A stretch of DNA of 63,956 bases, counting the filler, from the NCBI GenBank assembly GCA_964501035.1. It is 16 parts of 16 records of this genome, joined end to end, with 100 filler letters (N's around TTAATTAATTAA, not from the genome) between each part and the next. Parts side by side here need not be neighbours in the genome. Positions count along the whole stretch, not along the records: positions 9,865 to 14,559 come from CAZCRK010000088.1; positions 14,660 to 19,072 come from CAZCRK010000089.1; positions 19,173 to 23,510 come from CAZCRK010000090.1; 13 more parts are not named here. One strand, written 5' to 3'. Position numbers and translations under genes: made by a program. Below are positions 10,713 to 22,061 of this stretch, one piece after another. The notes beneath the pieces were generated by a model. It made no database searches. It was not told the DNA's origin and was given only the letters and a program-made list of their open reading frames with translations. Every line of letters begins with the position of its first letter. Positions within the stretch are counted from its first letter, which is position 1.

Positions 10713-13700
10713 TTACCATTTAAGTTCTGGAAGTTTTCTGACCAGAATATGTGTATCTCTATTGTTTCCAACTGGTCCCCAATAATTAAAGTGATATGTA
10801 AATTGACCATATCCACCTACCATTAAGTTTGGCTTTAACCGAGTTCGTGTTAAACTATTATGCCCACCACCTCGTCGATTTCCACGCATTGGTGACTTTG
10901 GCACAGAATAGGTTCGTTCAGGAGAGTGATATTGAATACAAATTCCACCAGGAATTCTAGCACTCACACATGCACGAGTTACGACAACACCGTTATCATT
11001 ATACACCTCAACCCAATCATTATCAACAATACCAATATCTTCGGCATCTTTATCATTCATCCAAAGAGGTTCTACACCACGTGACAATGTTGTCATTCTA
11101 TGATTATCACCATAGGTTGAGTGAATATGCCATTTTCCGTGAGGTGTTAAGTAATTCAATTGTTTGGTTTCTGATACTTCTTTACTAAAACTCAAATCAG
11201 AGAATTGCTGTACACCTGGCTTTGGTTTATATGTTGGAAAATGTTCACCAAATTGAATGTACCCTGGGTGATCTAAATAGAAATGTTGTCTTCCAGTAAG
11301 TGTTCGCCATGGTACCAATTTTTCTTTGTTGTACGTAAATGGTGAATATGCACGTCCATCAGTGACCAAACCTGACCACATTGGGCTGTTAACAAATCGT
11401 CTTGGTTGTGCTTGTAAATCATCAAAGCTTACTCTAAAATCTCTATTTTTTTCAACCAAGTCAGCTAGTGGAAGTCCAACTTTCTTTTCCATATTTTTGT
11501 ATGATCTATACGCCAGCTCACCGTTTGTAACCGATGCAAGATTTAATATGGTATTACAGACATGCTTATCTTTGAATAAAGATGGATATTTTTGCCCATC
11601 AAATTCAGTAGTTGGATGGGTTTCGAGCATTTTATCATAAAAATCATCAATTGCATAGCTGGTACCATGTGCACCAATACCCTTGTCTCTTGCATCTCTA
11701 CCTAGAGAAATAAATTGATTATACAAATTCTTATAATCACGTTTCACAATTTTTAGGCCTGGCATTGTTTTTCCAGGAATTGCTTCAATTTCTTCATTAA
11801 TCCAGTCTTTCATAGCTGGTTGAGCTATTTCTGCAGGAGTATCGTGAGGTAGTGCACCTGCCACAACGTCCGTAACTGTATCTGGGAAATGTTTTTCTGC
11901 TAATTCTGAAAACTTATGCGAAATAACTTTGAAAATATCCCAATCCGATTTTGATTCCCATGATGGAGGTACTGCTTCAGATAGCGGATGAATAAAACTA
12001 TGCATATCTGTTGAATTTAAATCATTTTTTTCATACCATGTTGCTGCAGGAAGAACAATGTCTGAATACAAAGCAGATGTGTCCATTCTAAAGTTAAGGT
12101 CAACAACTAAGTCCATTTTCCCTTGAGGTACTTTGTCATGCCAGGTAACTTCTTTAACTGAATCTTTAGCAAAATTACTATCTCCCACATGATTTTTATG
12201 TGTACCCAAGTAATGATCAAGGAAATATTCATGTCCTTTTGCACTAGACATTAAGGCGTTCCCTCTCCAAATAAACCAAACGCGTGGCCAGTTATCTTCA
12301 CAATCAGGGTCTTCTACTGAAAATTGAAGTTCTTTCTTTTTCAATTGATCAACAATATATGCTTTCAGTTTCGTCTCATCATCTGAACCTGTTGCCTTTT
12401 TGGCTTCTTCAATTAAATTTAGTGGGTTTTTGTTAAACTGAGGATAGAACGGCAACCAACCATTTCGAACCGCTTTAATTTGCGTGTCAATTGCATGACC
12501 TTGGGCAAACGTGTTTTCCTTATTGCCCTTTGGTACTGTGTGATAATCAGTAAATTCTTTTTCATATCTCCACTGATCGGTGTGCACATAATGCCAACTT
12601 GGTGCATTTTGAAGTCGTTGACCATCAATCCAATCTTTTCCAAGTGCAATTGAACCCCAAGATTCACCTGGTGCTAATTTTTCTTGACCAACATAGTGTG
12701 CTAAACCACCACCATTTACACCAACACAACCTGTTAACATAAGAGCATGAATACCTGCTCTATACATTAAGTTTCCATGATACCAATGGTTTATTCCAGC
12801 ACCAATAATAATCGTACATTTACCATTTGTATGTTCGGCAGTTGAACCCCATTCACGTGCAAACTTGATTAAATTATCACGTGAAAGGCCTGTATATTTT
12901 TCTGACCAAGCTGGTGTATATGGCAACGTGTCATCATTATAATCTGCAGGATATTCTCCCTCCAAACCACGATTCACACCATATTGAGCCATTAATAAAT
13001 CGTAAATAGTTGCTACAACAACTTCAGAGCCATCTGCTGATTTGATTTTTTTTGTAGGTACACCTCTAAACCTGTTAGCGTCTCCACCGAAATCATCGAA
13101 TCGAACTTGCACAACACCATCATTATTATCTAATGTAGTCAGAACTGGATTTATGTCACTATTATCAATTCCATCTTTCAGTTCGAGATTCCAATCACCT
13201 TGTTTTTCATCCCATCTATGCCCAACAGAACCTTTTGGCATTTTCACTGAATTAGTTTCAGCATCCCACATTAAGAATTTCCAATCACCATTGGTTATAT
13301 CTTTATATGGAGTTGTTCGATTTGCCCGTAACAACTGTCCTGCTTCAAAATGATCACCATCTTGTGTTAATTCAACTAATAGAGGTGAGTCTGTGAATTG
13401 TTTTGTATAATCAATAAAATAAGGAGTCTGTTTTTGATGATGGTGTTCGGTTAATAAAACATGATTCACAGCCATCCACCACGCACCATCTTGGCCTGCA
13501 TTTATTGACATCCACTCGTCTGCATATTTTGCTACTTGGTTGAAATCTGGAGCAAAAACATACATTTTAGTACCATTATGTCTAGCTTCTGCAGCAAAAT
13601 GAGTATCTGGTGTACGAGTCATGTTTAAGTTTGATCCCATAACAGCCAACATTTTTGCATTGTACCAATCTGCAGATTCATTTACATCTGTCTGTTCACC

Positions 13701-14363
13701 CCATGCTTCAGGGGAAGCGTTTGGTAAATCACAATACCAATCATAAAATGATAATGAAACACCACCCATTAATTGTAGCATACGAGAACCAGCAGCATAG
13801 CTCACCATTGACATTGCAGGAATTGGAGAGAAACCGGTAATTCTATCTGGGCCATGTTTTTGAATTGTATACACATTTGCAGCTGCAATGATTTCTAATA
13901 CAGTATCCCAACTTGCTCTTCGGAAACCACCCTTACCTCGCGCTTTTTGCCAGCCTTTTCGAAGTGTAGGATTTTCCACCATTGATTTCCAAGCATCTAC
14001 GGGGTCATCATGATTCGCTTTAGCTTCGTTCCATGTATCAATTAATGTACCACGTACATAGGGATATTTAACTCGAAGTGGGCTATATAAATACCATGAA
14101 TAGGATATACCCCGTTGACAACCACGAGGTTCATAAGCAGGAAGTCCATGTTCTAATTTCGGATAATCCAATCCTTGCATTTCCCATGTAACAATACCAT
14201 CCTTAACATGGATATTCCATGTACACGAACCAGTACAGTTTACACCATGTGTACTTCTTACAATTTTGTCATACTGCCAACGGTTTCGATAAAATTCTTC
14301 CCACTGCCTTTGCTGTGGTACCACATCGTCTCTAACCCAGTTATTCTTTGTTATATCACTCAT
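10713..14363 (-). CDS. narG: Respiratory nitrate reductase alpha subunit (Mo-bisPGD, DMSO reductase type II)
   Basis: 1216 aa; [12 protein letters not shown]...[10 protein letters not shown]0 ligands; [30 protein letters not shown]; no Tat signal. Confidence 0.96.
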   Translation of the reverse strand: MSDITKNNWVRDDVVPQQRQWEEFYRNRWQYDKIVRSTHGVNCTGSCTWNIHVKDGIVTWEMQGLDYPKLEHGLPAYEPRGCQRGISYSWYLYSPLRVKYPYVRGTLIDTWNEAKANHDDPVDAWKSMVENPTLRKGWQKARGKGGFRRASWDTVLEIIAAANVYTIQKHGPDRITGFSPIPAMSMVSYAAGSRMLQLMGGVSLSFYDWYCDLPNASPEAWGEQTDVNESADWYNAKMLAVMGSNLNMTRTPDTHFAAEARHNGTKMYVFAPDFNQVAKYADEWMSINAGQDGAWWMAVNHVLLTEHHHQKQTPYFIDYTKQFTDSPLLVELTQDGDHFEAGQLLRANRTTPYKDITNGDWKFLMWDAETNSVKMPKGSVGHRWDEKQGDWNLELKDGIDNSDINPVLTTLDNNDGVVQVRFDDFGGDANRFRGVPTKKIKSADGSEVVVATIYDLLMAQYGVNRGLEGEYPADYNDDTLPYTPAWSEKYTGLSRDNLIKFAREWGSTAEHTNGKCTIIIGAGINHWYHGNLMYRAGIHALMLTGCVGVNGGGLAHYVGQEKLAPGESWGSIALGKDWIDGQRLQNAPSWHYVHTDQWRYEKEFTDYHTVPKGNKENTFAQGHAIDTQIKAVRNGWLPFYPQFNKNPLNLIEEAKKATGSDDETKLKAYIVDQLKKKELQFSVEDPDCEDNWPRVWFIWRGNALMSSAKGHEYFLDHYLGTHKNHVGDSNFAKDSVKEVTWHDKVPQGKMDLVVDLNFRMDTSALYSDIVLPAATWYEKNDLNSTDMHSFIHPLSEAVPPSWESKSDWDIFKVISHKFSELAEKHFPDTVTDVVAGALPHDTPAEIAQPAMKDWINEEIEAIPGKTMPGLKIVKRDYKNLYNQFISLGRDARDKGIGAHGTSYAIDDFYDKMLETHPTTEFDGQKYPSLFKDKHVCNTILNLASVTNGELAYRSYKNMEKKVGLPLADLVEKNRDFRVSFDDLQAQPRRFVNSPMWSGLVTDGRAYSPFTYNKEKLVPWRTLTGRQHFYLDHPGYIQFGEHFPTYKPKPGVQQFSDLSFSKEVSETKQLNYLTPHGKWHIHSTYGDNHRMTTLSRGVEPLWMNDKDAEDIGIVDNDWVEVYNDNGVVVTRACVSARIPGGICIQYHSPERTYSVPKSPMRGNRRGGGHNSLTRTRLKPNLMVGGYGQFTYHFNYWGPVGNNRDTHILVRKLPELKW

Positions 14364-14394
14364 GAATTATCCTTATTAATGTTTGAGTAAATAA

Positions 14395-14559
14395 TTATTT
14401 GCCAACTATTGGTCGTCTAACAGCTCTAAATCTAAAGCCCCATAATAGACCAATTAATATTAACATTGCCAATGTTCCAACAAACCCACGAATTAAAAAT
14501 GCACTGTATGACACAGGTGCTATTTCAGTGTGTGTTTCATTTTCATTATTTAGAAATGC
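14395..14559 (-). CDS. C-terminal fragment of a membrane-anchored protein immediately upstream of narG (possibly a NarC-like cytochrome c)
   Basis: Manual translation AFLNNENETHTEIAPVSYSAFLIRGFVGTLAMLILIGLLWGFRFRAVRRPIVGK*: one TM helix plus basic tail; no heme motif is visible because the gene is truncated. Confidence 0.55.
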   Translation of the reverse strand, partial: AFLNNENETHTEIAPVSYSAFLIRGFVGTLAMLILIGLLWGFRFRAVRRPIVGK

Positions 14560-14659
14560 NNNNNNNNNNNNNNNNNNNNNNNNNNNNNNNNNNNNNNNNN
14601 NNNTTAATTAATTAANNNNNNNNNNNNNNNNNNNNNNNNNNNNNNNNNNNNNNNNNNNN

Positions 14660-14707
14660 AATGTTTTAGATGTCGTCCAAATAGTGAATATAATTATTGG
14701 GATGTAG
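14660..14707 (+). CDS. C-terminal end of a dockerin-containing protein (5' truncated)
   Basis: Manual translation NVLDVVQIVNIIIGM* matches the second dockerin repeat (NxLD.V.IVNxI). Confidence 0.65.
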   Translation, partial: NVLDVVQIVNIIIGM

Positions 14708-14805
14708 AAACCAAGTTAAATCCATAGTATTTTTACTAGTACTTTTGGCAACCAATTCTCACTATATTTATCATTCAACAAATTAAATATAAGGGGATAT
14801 TTGAA

Positions 14806-16413
14806 GTGAGATGGTGGTTTATATTATTATTTTCGTCATTTGTTATATTACAAAATAACTCCCCCATTGAAGTTGGTCTTGGTGAAACACGAGATGTTCC
14901 TTTATTTGGTTTTAATGGTAACACTGTTCGGGGACCTTCGTGGATAAATGCAGAGTTTACTGATTCAGTCGCAACGATGAAACCCCACGTTTTACGTTAC
15001 CCTGCAGGACTGGGAAGTTATTGGGATTGGAGTACAGGTTGGTTTTTGGAAAATCCAATAGTAAATGATTCTATTATTATTGATCCATTGCCTAATAATT
15101 GGAGCAACCTTGACTCTATTGATATCCGCCCAATTCAATTTCAAAATGCATGTAATGAAATTGGTGCAAATGGTATATTTGTTATCAACATGTTAACTTC
15201 AGACTATGTTACAATGACGACATCTGTTCAGGAAGCAATACAGGATGGTGTAACTATTAACTTGATTGAGTTGGACAGTGAAATGAATCATGATAATGAT
15301 TATAAAATAGCCAAATACCCAACGGCTGGAGATTATGCACGAGATTGTCAAGTATATATAAATTCACTTAGAACTATCATTCCTAATGCACAGTTTTCAC
15401 TTGTTGCAGGAAATCGTAGTAGTAGCACCGATGGTAGAGCTACACATTGGAATGATAGTCTATATGCTTTTGTAGATAATGATTCGTTTGATGCGCTTGT
15501 ATGGCATCAATATCTATATATGAATGATTCAACGCATGCAGAATATTCTGATAGAAAATTTATTTCATATCCATTTTTTGACATACCACGCTATGAAAAC
15601 TGGAAAGGATTTCAAGAAACAGAACCCCAAATTCAAAACCATGAAATTTGGGTAACTGAATATAATTTGCATGATAAATCAGAAGACCATATTTACCAAA
15701 ACACATGGTTGCATGCTTTGTTTTTGTCAACATTTACAGAGGTCTTGTTAAATAATAATTTGATAACCATGCTCCTTGCTCATAATGTTGGTGGTCCAAC
15801 AGGATTTGATGGTATTGACAATGATGAAAATTCCCATTTCCCCAAAAAAGCAACTGGTTTCTTTGGAATGTTAATTAATTTGGTTTCTCATAATATGGAT
15901 TATATGCAAAAATTTTCATTCCCAAGTAGTTTAACAGACACAATTACATATACATCTAGCAATAATAACAACCATTTCATAGATTGTCCTCGATTATTTG
16001 GATGGAAATTCAACAATATTTCAAATGAAACTGGGATTATTTCTAACGTATCAGACAGTTCCATTGTCATTTCTGTTGACAATATATTCGATACAGAGTT
16101 ATTATGGACACATTGGACAGCTGATACATTGCGTGGAGAAATTCAAGGTTATGAATCCACCAATCGAGTGTATGATATTGGTCATGAAAATATTCTTATT
16201 CCTCCTTTTTCACTAAACACAGCTGAAACGGTAATCTTGGGTGACGTTAACCAAGATTCTATTTTAAATATACTCGATATAATTGAAGTAGTAGATTTTA
16301 TTTTGGGCAATTCAAATTTCACAGAAAAACAAATGCTTATTGGAGATGTATTGCAAGATGGAACAATAAATGTTTCTGATATTTTAATAATCATTGAAAA
16401 TATTTTAAGCTAA
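14806..16413 (+). CDS. Secreted clan GH-A glycoside hydrolase-like protein (GH51/GH79-like) with C-terminal dockerin
   Basis: LRYPAG...YWDW, IELDSEMN (acid/base region), IWVTEYN (nucleophile); tail GDVNQDSILNILDII...GDVLQDGTINVSDIL duplicated dockerin repeats. Confidence 0.8.
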   Translation: MRWWFILLFSSFVILQNNSPIEVGLGETRDVPLFGFNGNTVRGPSWINAEFTDSVATMKPHVLRYPAGLGSYWDWSTGWFLENPIVNDSIIIDPLPNNWSNLDSIDIRPIQFQNACNEIGANGIFVINMLTSDYVTMTTSVQEAIQDGVTINLIELDSEMNHDNDYKIAKYPTAGDYARDCQVYINSLRTIIPNAQFSLVAGNRSSSTDGRATHWNDSLYAFVDNDSFDALVWHQYLYMNDSTHAEYSDRKFISYPFFDIPRYENWKGFQETEPQIQNHEIWVTEYNLHDKSEDHIYQNTWLHALFLSTFTEVLLNNNLITMLLAHNVGGPTGFDGIDNDENSHFPKKATGFFGMLINLVSHNMDYMQKFSFPSSLTDTITYTSSNNNNHFIDCPRLFGWKFNNISNETGIISNVSDSSIVISVDNIFDTELLWTHWTADTLRGEIQGYESTNRVYDIGHENILIPPFSLNTAETVILGDVNQDSILNILDIIEVVDFILGNSNFTEKQMLIGDVLQDGTINVSDILIIIENILS

Positions 16414-16476
16414 AATTGTATGTACTTGACATTTTATATTTGGAAAGTATTTTTGTTTATTTTATAAATTATTGCT

Positions 16477-16764
16477 GTGAAAAAGTATTTCATTTTCTTA
16501 AATATAATATTATTACTTGTTGGAAATGGTTTGTTTTCCAGCATTCATCATTTACAAGAACATCATAGTCATTCTGGGCTACATGTTGAGCAGGAATGTC
16601 AAGAATGTGTAATTGGTGATAATCAAAAGAATTTGGTAGTGACACACCAAATCTTACCTGTTGTATCCAAAAATTTTAGTATTTTAGAAGTTACAAACTA
16701 CAGTCCGAAAACGTGGTATATTGAGTCAAAACAACTTCCAAGAGCTCCACCACTTCTAAACTAA
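16477..16764 (+). CDS. DUF2946/CruR-like leader protein with His-rich patch, CxxC and C-terminal RAPP motif
   Basis: N-terminal hydrophobic helix, HHLQEHHSHSGLH, ECQEC, ends LPRAPPLLN; first gene of a TonB-receptor operon. Confidence 0.75.
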   Translation: MKKYFIFLNIILLLVGNGLFSSIHHLQEHHSHSGLHVEQECQECVIGDNQKNLVVTHQILPVVSKNFSILEVTNYSPKTWYIESKQLPRAPPLLN

Positions 16765-16849
16765 ATTTTATCTAACTTTTTATTTTTATTGATTAGATTT
16801 GTTGAAGTCTAATCGTTTACTATTTATATATTTTATGGAGAATTTTATT

Positions 16850-17431
16850 ATGTTTAGAATAAATCTAAAACAATTATTTATACTTATTTTTGCTGGCTTT
16901 TTAATCACATCATGTGACAATAGTAACCCCGTCACCCAAGAAGAGCATACCGATGCGGACGGGTTTATTTTAGAGGATGCAAACGGTACTGAAATTTACA
17001 CAGAGTTTCAAGGTGAATCTGATGACCCCCCTATAACAATAGGTGTTGGTGAAGAACTCGAACTTTCTGTGCATTTTCTTGACCATGAAGGAAATGAAAT
17101 TGAACATGATGGTGAAGGAGAAGATCATGATGATGAGTTAAGAATTTCAGAAAATGATACTGCAATTGCAATCATTGAGGTTGAAGAACATTGTGATGAA
17201 ATAACTGTTCAAGCCGATTGTGAGGCTTCTGACCATTGTGAGTGGCATGCAGATGATAATGCTTGTGAGGATGGAGATCATGATGACCATGACCATGAGG
17301 ATGAAGAACACGGAAGCAATATTCATATTGTGGGTGTAAGTGTTGGAAATACCAGCTTTAAACTAGAACTTATGCATGGTGATCATGCAGATTATACTTC
17401 AACAAATAATGTACCCGTTACAGTTGAATAA
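16850..17431 (+). CDS. His/Asp/Glu-rich lipoprotein, putative metal (Zn/Ni/Co) binding
   Basis: GGAG RBS at 16837-40, ATG 16850; lipobox LITSC; EEHTDADG, DHDDHDHEDEEH, HGDHADY. Confidence 0.8.
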   Translation: MFRINLKQLFILIFAGFLITSCDNSNPVTQEEHTDADGFILEDANGTEIYTEFQGESDDPPITIGVGEELELSVHFLDHEGNEIEHDGEGEDHDDELRISENDTAIAIIEVEEHCDEITVQADCEASDHCEWHADDNACEDGDHDDHDHEDEEHGSNIHIVGVSVGNTSFKLELMHGDHADYTSTNNVPVTVE

Positions 17432-19072
17432 AATTAAAAGATTTCAACTTTTAATTGTTTTAATTATATGTCTGGGAAATTTATTTTCCCAGACATATAA
17501 TATTACTGGAACAGTTTTAGAAGATGGTTTAAAAACTCCTCTTTCCAATGTAAATGTTTATATAGAGAATTCAGATTTAGGAACAATAACAAATCAAGAT
17601 GGGTCGTTCCATTTAATCATAAAGTATCCATTCAGCCAGCATGTTTATTTACATTTTAAAATGATTGGATTTTCCGAAAAAGTTATTCCCTTAAAATTAA
17701 CTAAATCAATTGTTGAATTAGGCGAAATACACTTGATAGCTGAATCACTTGAGCTTGAATCTATTCACGTTCATTCACATCAGCATAAACAACATCATGT
17801 TTCAGATATAACGTTAAGCGGGCAAGAACTTAATGATAATTTGAGTGGCACGTTAGCGACAACATTAACCCACCAAACTAATATTGGAATTAGTTCTTTT
17901 GGTGTAGTTACGTCTAAACCTGTGCTTAGGGGATTCTCAGGAGATAGATTTTTACTCACAAAAGACGGAAATGTGATGGGCGATTTATCACAAACATCCA
18001 TTGACCATGCAATTACTTTAGAAATGACTGAGGTAAATGAAATTGAGATTGTAAGAGGACCAAAAGCCTTGACATTTGGTTCAAATGCAATTGGTGGTGT
18101 GATAAATACCAATGTGAGTGGGGATCCGAGAGTGAGGTTTGAGAGTTTTCACACAAAAATAAATGTTGGTGGAGAATCATTTAATAATGGTATGTTTGGT
18201 AATATCTTTTTTTATATACCAATCAAAAACAATCAAATCAATGTATCAATGAATAAAAGAAACACACAAAATCAAACAAGTCCTATGGGTGAGTTGGAAA
18301 ACACACAATCACATTCATCAAATTTTAAACTCGGGTTTACCAATTACTATTCACATAGTTATTTGAACGTTCTAATAGAAAATTATAATATGCAATATGG
18401 TATTCCACCAAGTGAAGAAGGACATATCAGTGGAGTGGATTTGGAGTTGGTAAAAAACACACTTCAATTGAATTATCATCGTGATATTTCCTGGTTCAAT
18501 CTGAATCAATTGGATGTAAAATATAGTTTTATCGATTATGAGCATGGGGAATTCGAAAGCAACTCTGATTATCGTGCAGTAGGACTCTTAAAAAATACAC
18601 ATTTTACTAAAATTGAATTCAAATCAAATCAGTCTATTATTGGCTCAGATATACAGAATAAACAGTTTTCATCTGAAGGATTTTATTGGACACCCGCAAC
18701 AAATGAATTAGATTTTTCAATATATGGTTTTTTTGAAGATGAGTTTAAATATCTTGATGTTTTAGGGTCATTTAGGGTAGGATTTTTAGCAATTCAGCCC
18801 AAAAAACCATTTGGGAGTTTTTCTAATTTAGAAATAGGTGAAGTGAAAAATAGAAATTTTAATTATTTTTCATCATCAATTGGAGTGAAACGAAAGATTG
18901 AATTAATTGAATTAGATGGCTGGTTTATGAGTACTATGAGAGCACCATCATTAGAAGAACTGTATTCAGATGGACCTCATCTAGGTACCTATTCATATGA
19001 AATTGGAACACCAAACTTAGATTTGGAAAAAATATTTGGAATTGAATCCTCAATCAAATATAAAACTTTGCC
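17376..19072 (+). CDS. TonB-dependent receptor, ZnuD-like (3' truncated; true start may be 17409-17424)
   Basis: CarboxypepD_reg-like N-domain; plug motifs KPVLRGFSGDR and IEIVRGPKALTFGSNAIGGVIN; RAPSLEELYSDGPH. Confidence 0.88.
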
Positions 19073-19172
19073 NNNNNNNNNNNNNNNNNNNNNNNNNNNN
19101 NNNNNNNNNNNNNNNNTTAATTAATTAANNNNNNNNNNNNNNNNNNNNNNNNNNNNNNNNNNNNNNNNNNNN

Positions 19173-19573
19173 GTTGTTGATAAAATATCACCACTAAATT
19201 CAGCATATATTTTATGAGATCCTAAAACATTATCATCGAAGTAATCCGTTTCTGCGACACCTTGTGAATTAGTTGTCACAACGCCACTAGAGAAAGATCC
19301 AGTAGAATTCTTTGTTGTATCATTATTGATTGAATAGAAATTAATATTTCGACCAGAAGTTGGAATACCCGAATCAAGTTCTTCTAACTTTGCTATAACT
19401 CTGATTGAATCAGAAAAATGAGCAAAACTCATTTCATTATCTAGAGAAATAGAGAGTTCATGTGAAATATTATTTTCAGTTGGTTTTCTTTCATCACAAG
19501 CTAAAAATAGTAATATACTGCCAAATAATAATGTAAGTAATAGTCTTGATTTTAGGTTAATACTCATTTTCAT
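19173..19573 (-). CDS. Lipoprotein with Ig-like (Big_1/invasin-type) domain (3' truncated)
   Basis: Lipobox FLAC; VVTTNSQGVA motif; GGAG RBS; directly downstream of pilQ. Confidence 0.6.
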
Positions 19574-19578
19574 TCTCC

Positions 19579-20985
19579 TTATTCAGAATCTGTTTTTGAG
19601 TTCAAAATACGTGATTCAGCTGCTTTATGATGTTCTGTTTTATCAATACCAGAATAATTATCTTTAATAACATGTGGAGTAATTTGAATAACTAAATCGG
19701 TCTTCTTTTCGACTTTTGAAGTATGTGTAAAGAATTTTTTACCAATAAATGGTATTCTCCATAGTAATGGAAATTTATCTTGTGTATCTATCATTTCTGA
19801 AGAAAGTAAACCAGCAATAACAATTGATTCACCATCTTTAACTCGGATAGTTGTTGTGGATTGCCGTTTCTTTGTCCATGGATACCCTTGTGGTGTCCAA
19901 TTTATAATTGAGCTGACTTCAGGGGTAACATCTGTAGTAATAAATCCATCAGAATTAACAGTGGGTAATATATGAAGTTTGATACCTACTTCTTCTTGTT
20001 GGACCTGCATTTGGCCACCTACACCACCACTTTGTGCTAAATATGGTATGACATCAACCATTGATATTGTTGCTTCATGACCATTCAGAGTAACAACTTC
20101 AGAATTTGTTAAAATATCTGCTTGATTATTTTGAAGCATAAAATCGAGAGTTAAATCAAACGCAGTTAATTGGCGTGAAAAGGGTTGAATTCCGCTGCCT
20201 CGAGTAAAATACATACTTTCAGGTACGCCAGTATTTTCAGGGTCAATGGTTTCTAAAACTGCATCCATTATACCATCACCATCTGTGTCTGTTAAATTTG
20301 CAGAGAATCCTGGAATTAGCGAACCTGTTTCAAAATCTTGCCCTAAACTAACTGGTGAACCTGCCTCAGCAAATACAACAGAAAGTTCTGCTAGTTTTGC
20401 CCAATCAATACCCATTTTATCAGCATCTGTAGTAGAAACTTCGATTAATCGTGCTTCAAGTTTAATTTGGATAGCAGGTGTATCAACTTCCTTAACAATT
20501 GCTTCTACTTCAGCAATTTTCTTTGGACTCGCAGTCACTAGAAGTCTATTACCCGTTTTATCAATAGTAACATGTTCTGTGATATCTACAAGTAGTTCAG
20601 CAATTTCTTCAGCATTTGCATAGTTTAACCCAATCACGTGAGGTTTAATTCCAATATCTTCCTTCATGCGTGATTTATTTGCAACTAGAATAGAGTTGCC
20701 AACAATCTCATAACTCAATCCAGCAGCTCGAATGACCAAATTTATTGCTTGATCAATAGGTACGTCATCAAGATGAATTGTCAGTCTATCCTGAGTTTGA
20801 ACTTGTGGGCCAGTAACAATGTTATATCCACTCTCATCAGCTAGAATAGCTAATATAGAGGGGAGATGTGTATCTTCTGCATGAATTGAAACCAATGGTT
20901 TTTCATCATTATTTGCATCGTCAGCAAAATTGATTGCGGTAAAACAAAGCAATATGCTCATAAGTTGTATAAATTTAAATTTCAT
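19579..20985 (-). CDS. pilQ: Type IV pilus / type II secretin
   Basis: STN/N domains; QIKLEARLIEV, VVTLNGHEATI, GIKLHILPTV, VKDGESIVIAGL, PLLWRIPFIG, LVIQITPHVI. Confidence 0.88.
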   Translation of the reverse strand: MKFKFIQLMSILLCFTAINFADDANNDEKPLVSIHAEDTHLPSILAILADESGYNIVTGPQVQTQDRLTIHLDDVPIDQAINLVIRAAGLSYEIVGNSILVANKSRMKEDIGIKPHVIGLNYANAEEIAELLVDITEHVTIDKTGNRLLVTASPKKIAEVEAIVKEVDTPAIQIKLEARLIEVSTTDADKMGIDWAKLAELSVVFAEAGSPVSLGQDFETGSLIPGFSANLTDTDGDGIMDAVLETIDPENTGVPESMYFTRGSGIQPFSRQLTAFDLTLDFMLQNNQADILTNSEVVTLNGHEATISMVDVIPYLAQSGGVGGQMQVQQEEVGIKLHILPTVNSDGFITTDVTPEVSSIINWTPQGYPWTKKRQSTTTIRVKDGESIVIAGLLSSEMIDTQDKFPLLWRIPFIGKKFFTHTSKVEKKTDLVIQITPHVIKDNYSGIDKTEHHKAAESRILNSKTDSE

Positions 20986-21007
20986 TCTTTTCCTTCTCAG
21001 TTACTGT

Positions 21008-21490
21008 TTATCTACTTTTAATTAAGCCTAGTTCAAAGATAGTTGTTACATCATCTTTCTCAAAAATTACATCGGTTGTGGAAATTCTACTAATAACACC
21101 ACCTGCAATTGAATCACCTACAGTGAGTTCATAATTTACATTTTTAAATTGGACTAATGCTTTAGGTTCAGACCCTGTAACTATGCCTGTTACCCATAAA
21201 TTTCTACGTCTATGACTATATCCGGAACCATCCATTATAATTACATTGCTAAGATCAACTGGATTGTTTTTCACTCTAAATTTAAACGCATCACGTTCAG
21301 CTAGGGTGTTTTCTAGAGCACTCACTTTGTCTTGTAAATCTTGATCAGTACCAATTTGCTCGTTTTCATAATTATATTGAGCTTCTTTACTTAACTGGTC
21401 AATTTGGTACAGTTGATATCCTACACCACCTGCACTTAAGACTGATAGTCCAATAAGAATATCCCATAATAGTTTTGTTCTCATATTCAT
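21008..21490 (-). CDS. PilP/GspC-like pilus assembly protein
   Basis: N-terminal TM; C-terminal VTGIVTGSEPKALV...VGDSIAGGVISRI beta domain; lies between pilO and pilQ. Confidence 0.6.
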   Translation of the reverse strand: MNMRTKLLWDILIGLSVLSAGGVGYQLYQIDQLSKEAQYNYENEQIGTDQDLQDKVSALENTLAERDAFKFRVKNNPVDLSNVIIMDGSGYSHRRRNLWVTGIVTGSEPKALVQFKNVNYELTVGDSIAGGVISRISTTDVIFEKDDVTTIFELGLIKSR

Positions 21491-21496
21491 ACAATA

Positions 21497-22054
21497 TTAC
21501 CCGCGATTTTTATTTAATGTTACCGTGTAAATTCGCATTTTTATCAATTGATTCTGTAATTGATCTTTTGAACGAGATGAGTTCAAGCGTTCGATTCCAT
21601 TTTTCATTGTGAATTCGTCAATAATTATTATCCGTTCATTACTTTCTAATTCAGTAACAAATTTACCCAATTTAGTAAAATCACACTCAAATTCTAAATC
21701 ATAGGGGATTCGAGTATATTTTCCTTTTTTCTCTTTTTTATCTGGTTTAATTTCTAAAACTTTAAGTTCTAAACGATTCATTACATCTGTTAAACTATTC
21801 AAAAATGGCATAGAAGCAGTTTCATTTTTGGAATCACTTGCTTTTGAAGCCATGTTTTTATCAAACAAATCATACACTCTGTTTAAACTTTGAGACAAAA
21901 TTTGAGCAGTTATATATTTTTCATTTACCTGTTTTTGTTCGTATTCTAAATCAATAATTGCATCAGGTTTTGATTCATAAATTATGGATGTTGTCAACCA
22001 ATATGAAGTTATAAAAATGATGATTAATGCAAATAAAAATATATTTCGTTTCAT
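21497..22054 (-). CDS. pilO: Type IV pilus assembly protein PilO
   Basis: N-terminal TM, coiled coil, ferredoxin-like domain (IPYDLEFECDFTKLGKFVTELESNERII); operon position. Confidence 0.8.
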   Translation of the reverse strand: MKRNIFLFALIIIFITSYWLTTSIIYESKPDAIIDLEYEQKQVNEKYITAQILSQSLNRVYDLFDKNMASKASDSKNETASMPFLNSLTDVMNRLELKVLEIKPDKKEKKGKYTRIPYDLEFECDFTKLGKFVTELESNERIIIIDEFTMKNGIERLNSSRSKDQLQNQLIKMRIYTVTLNKNRG

Positions 22055-22061
22055 ATCCTGC

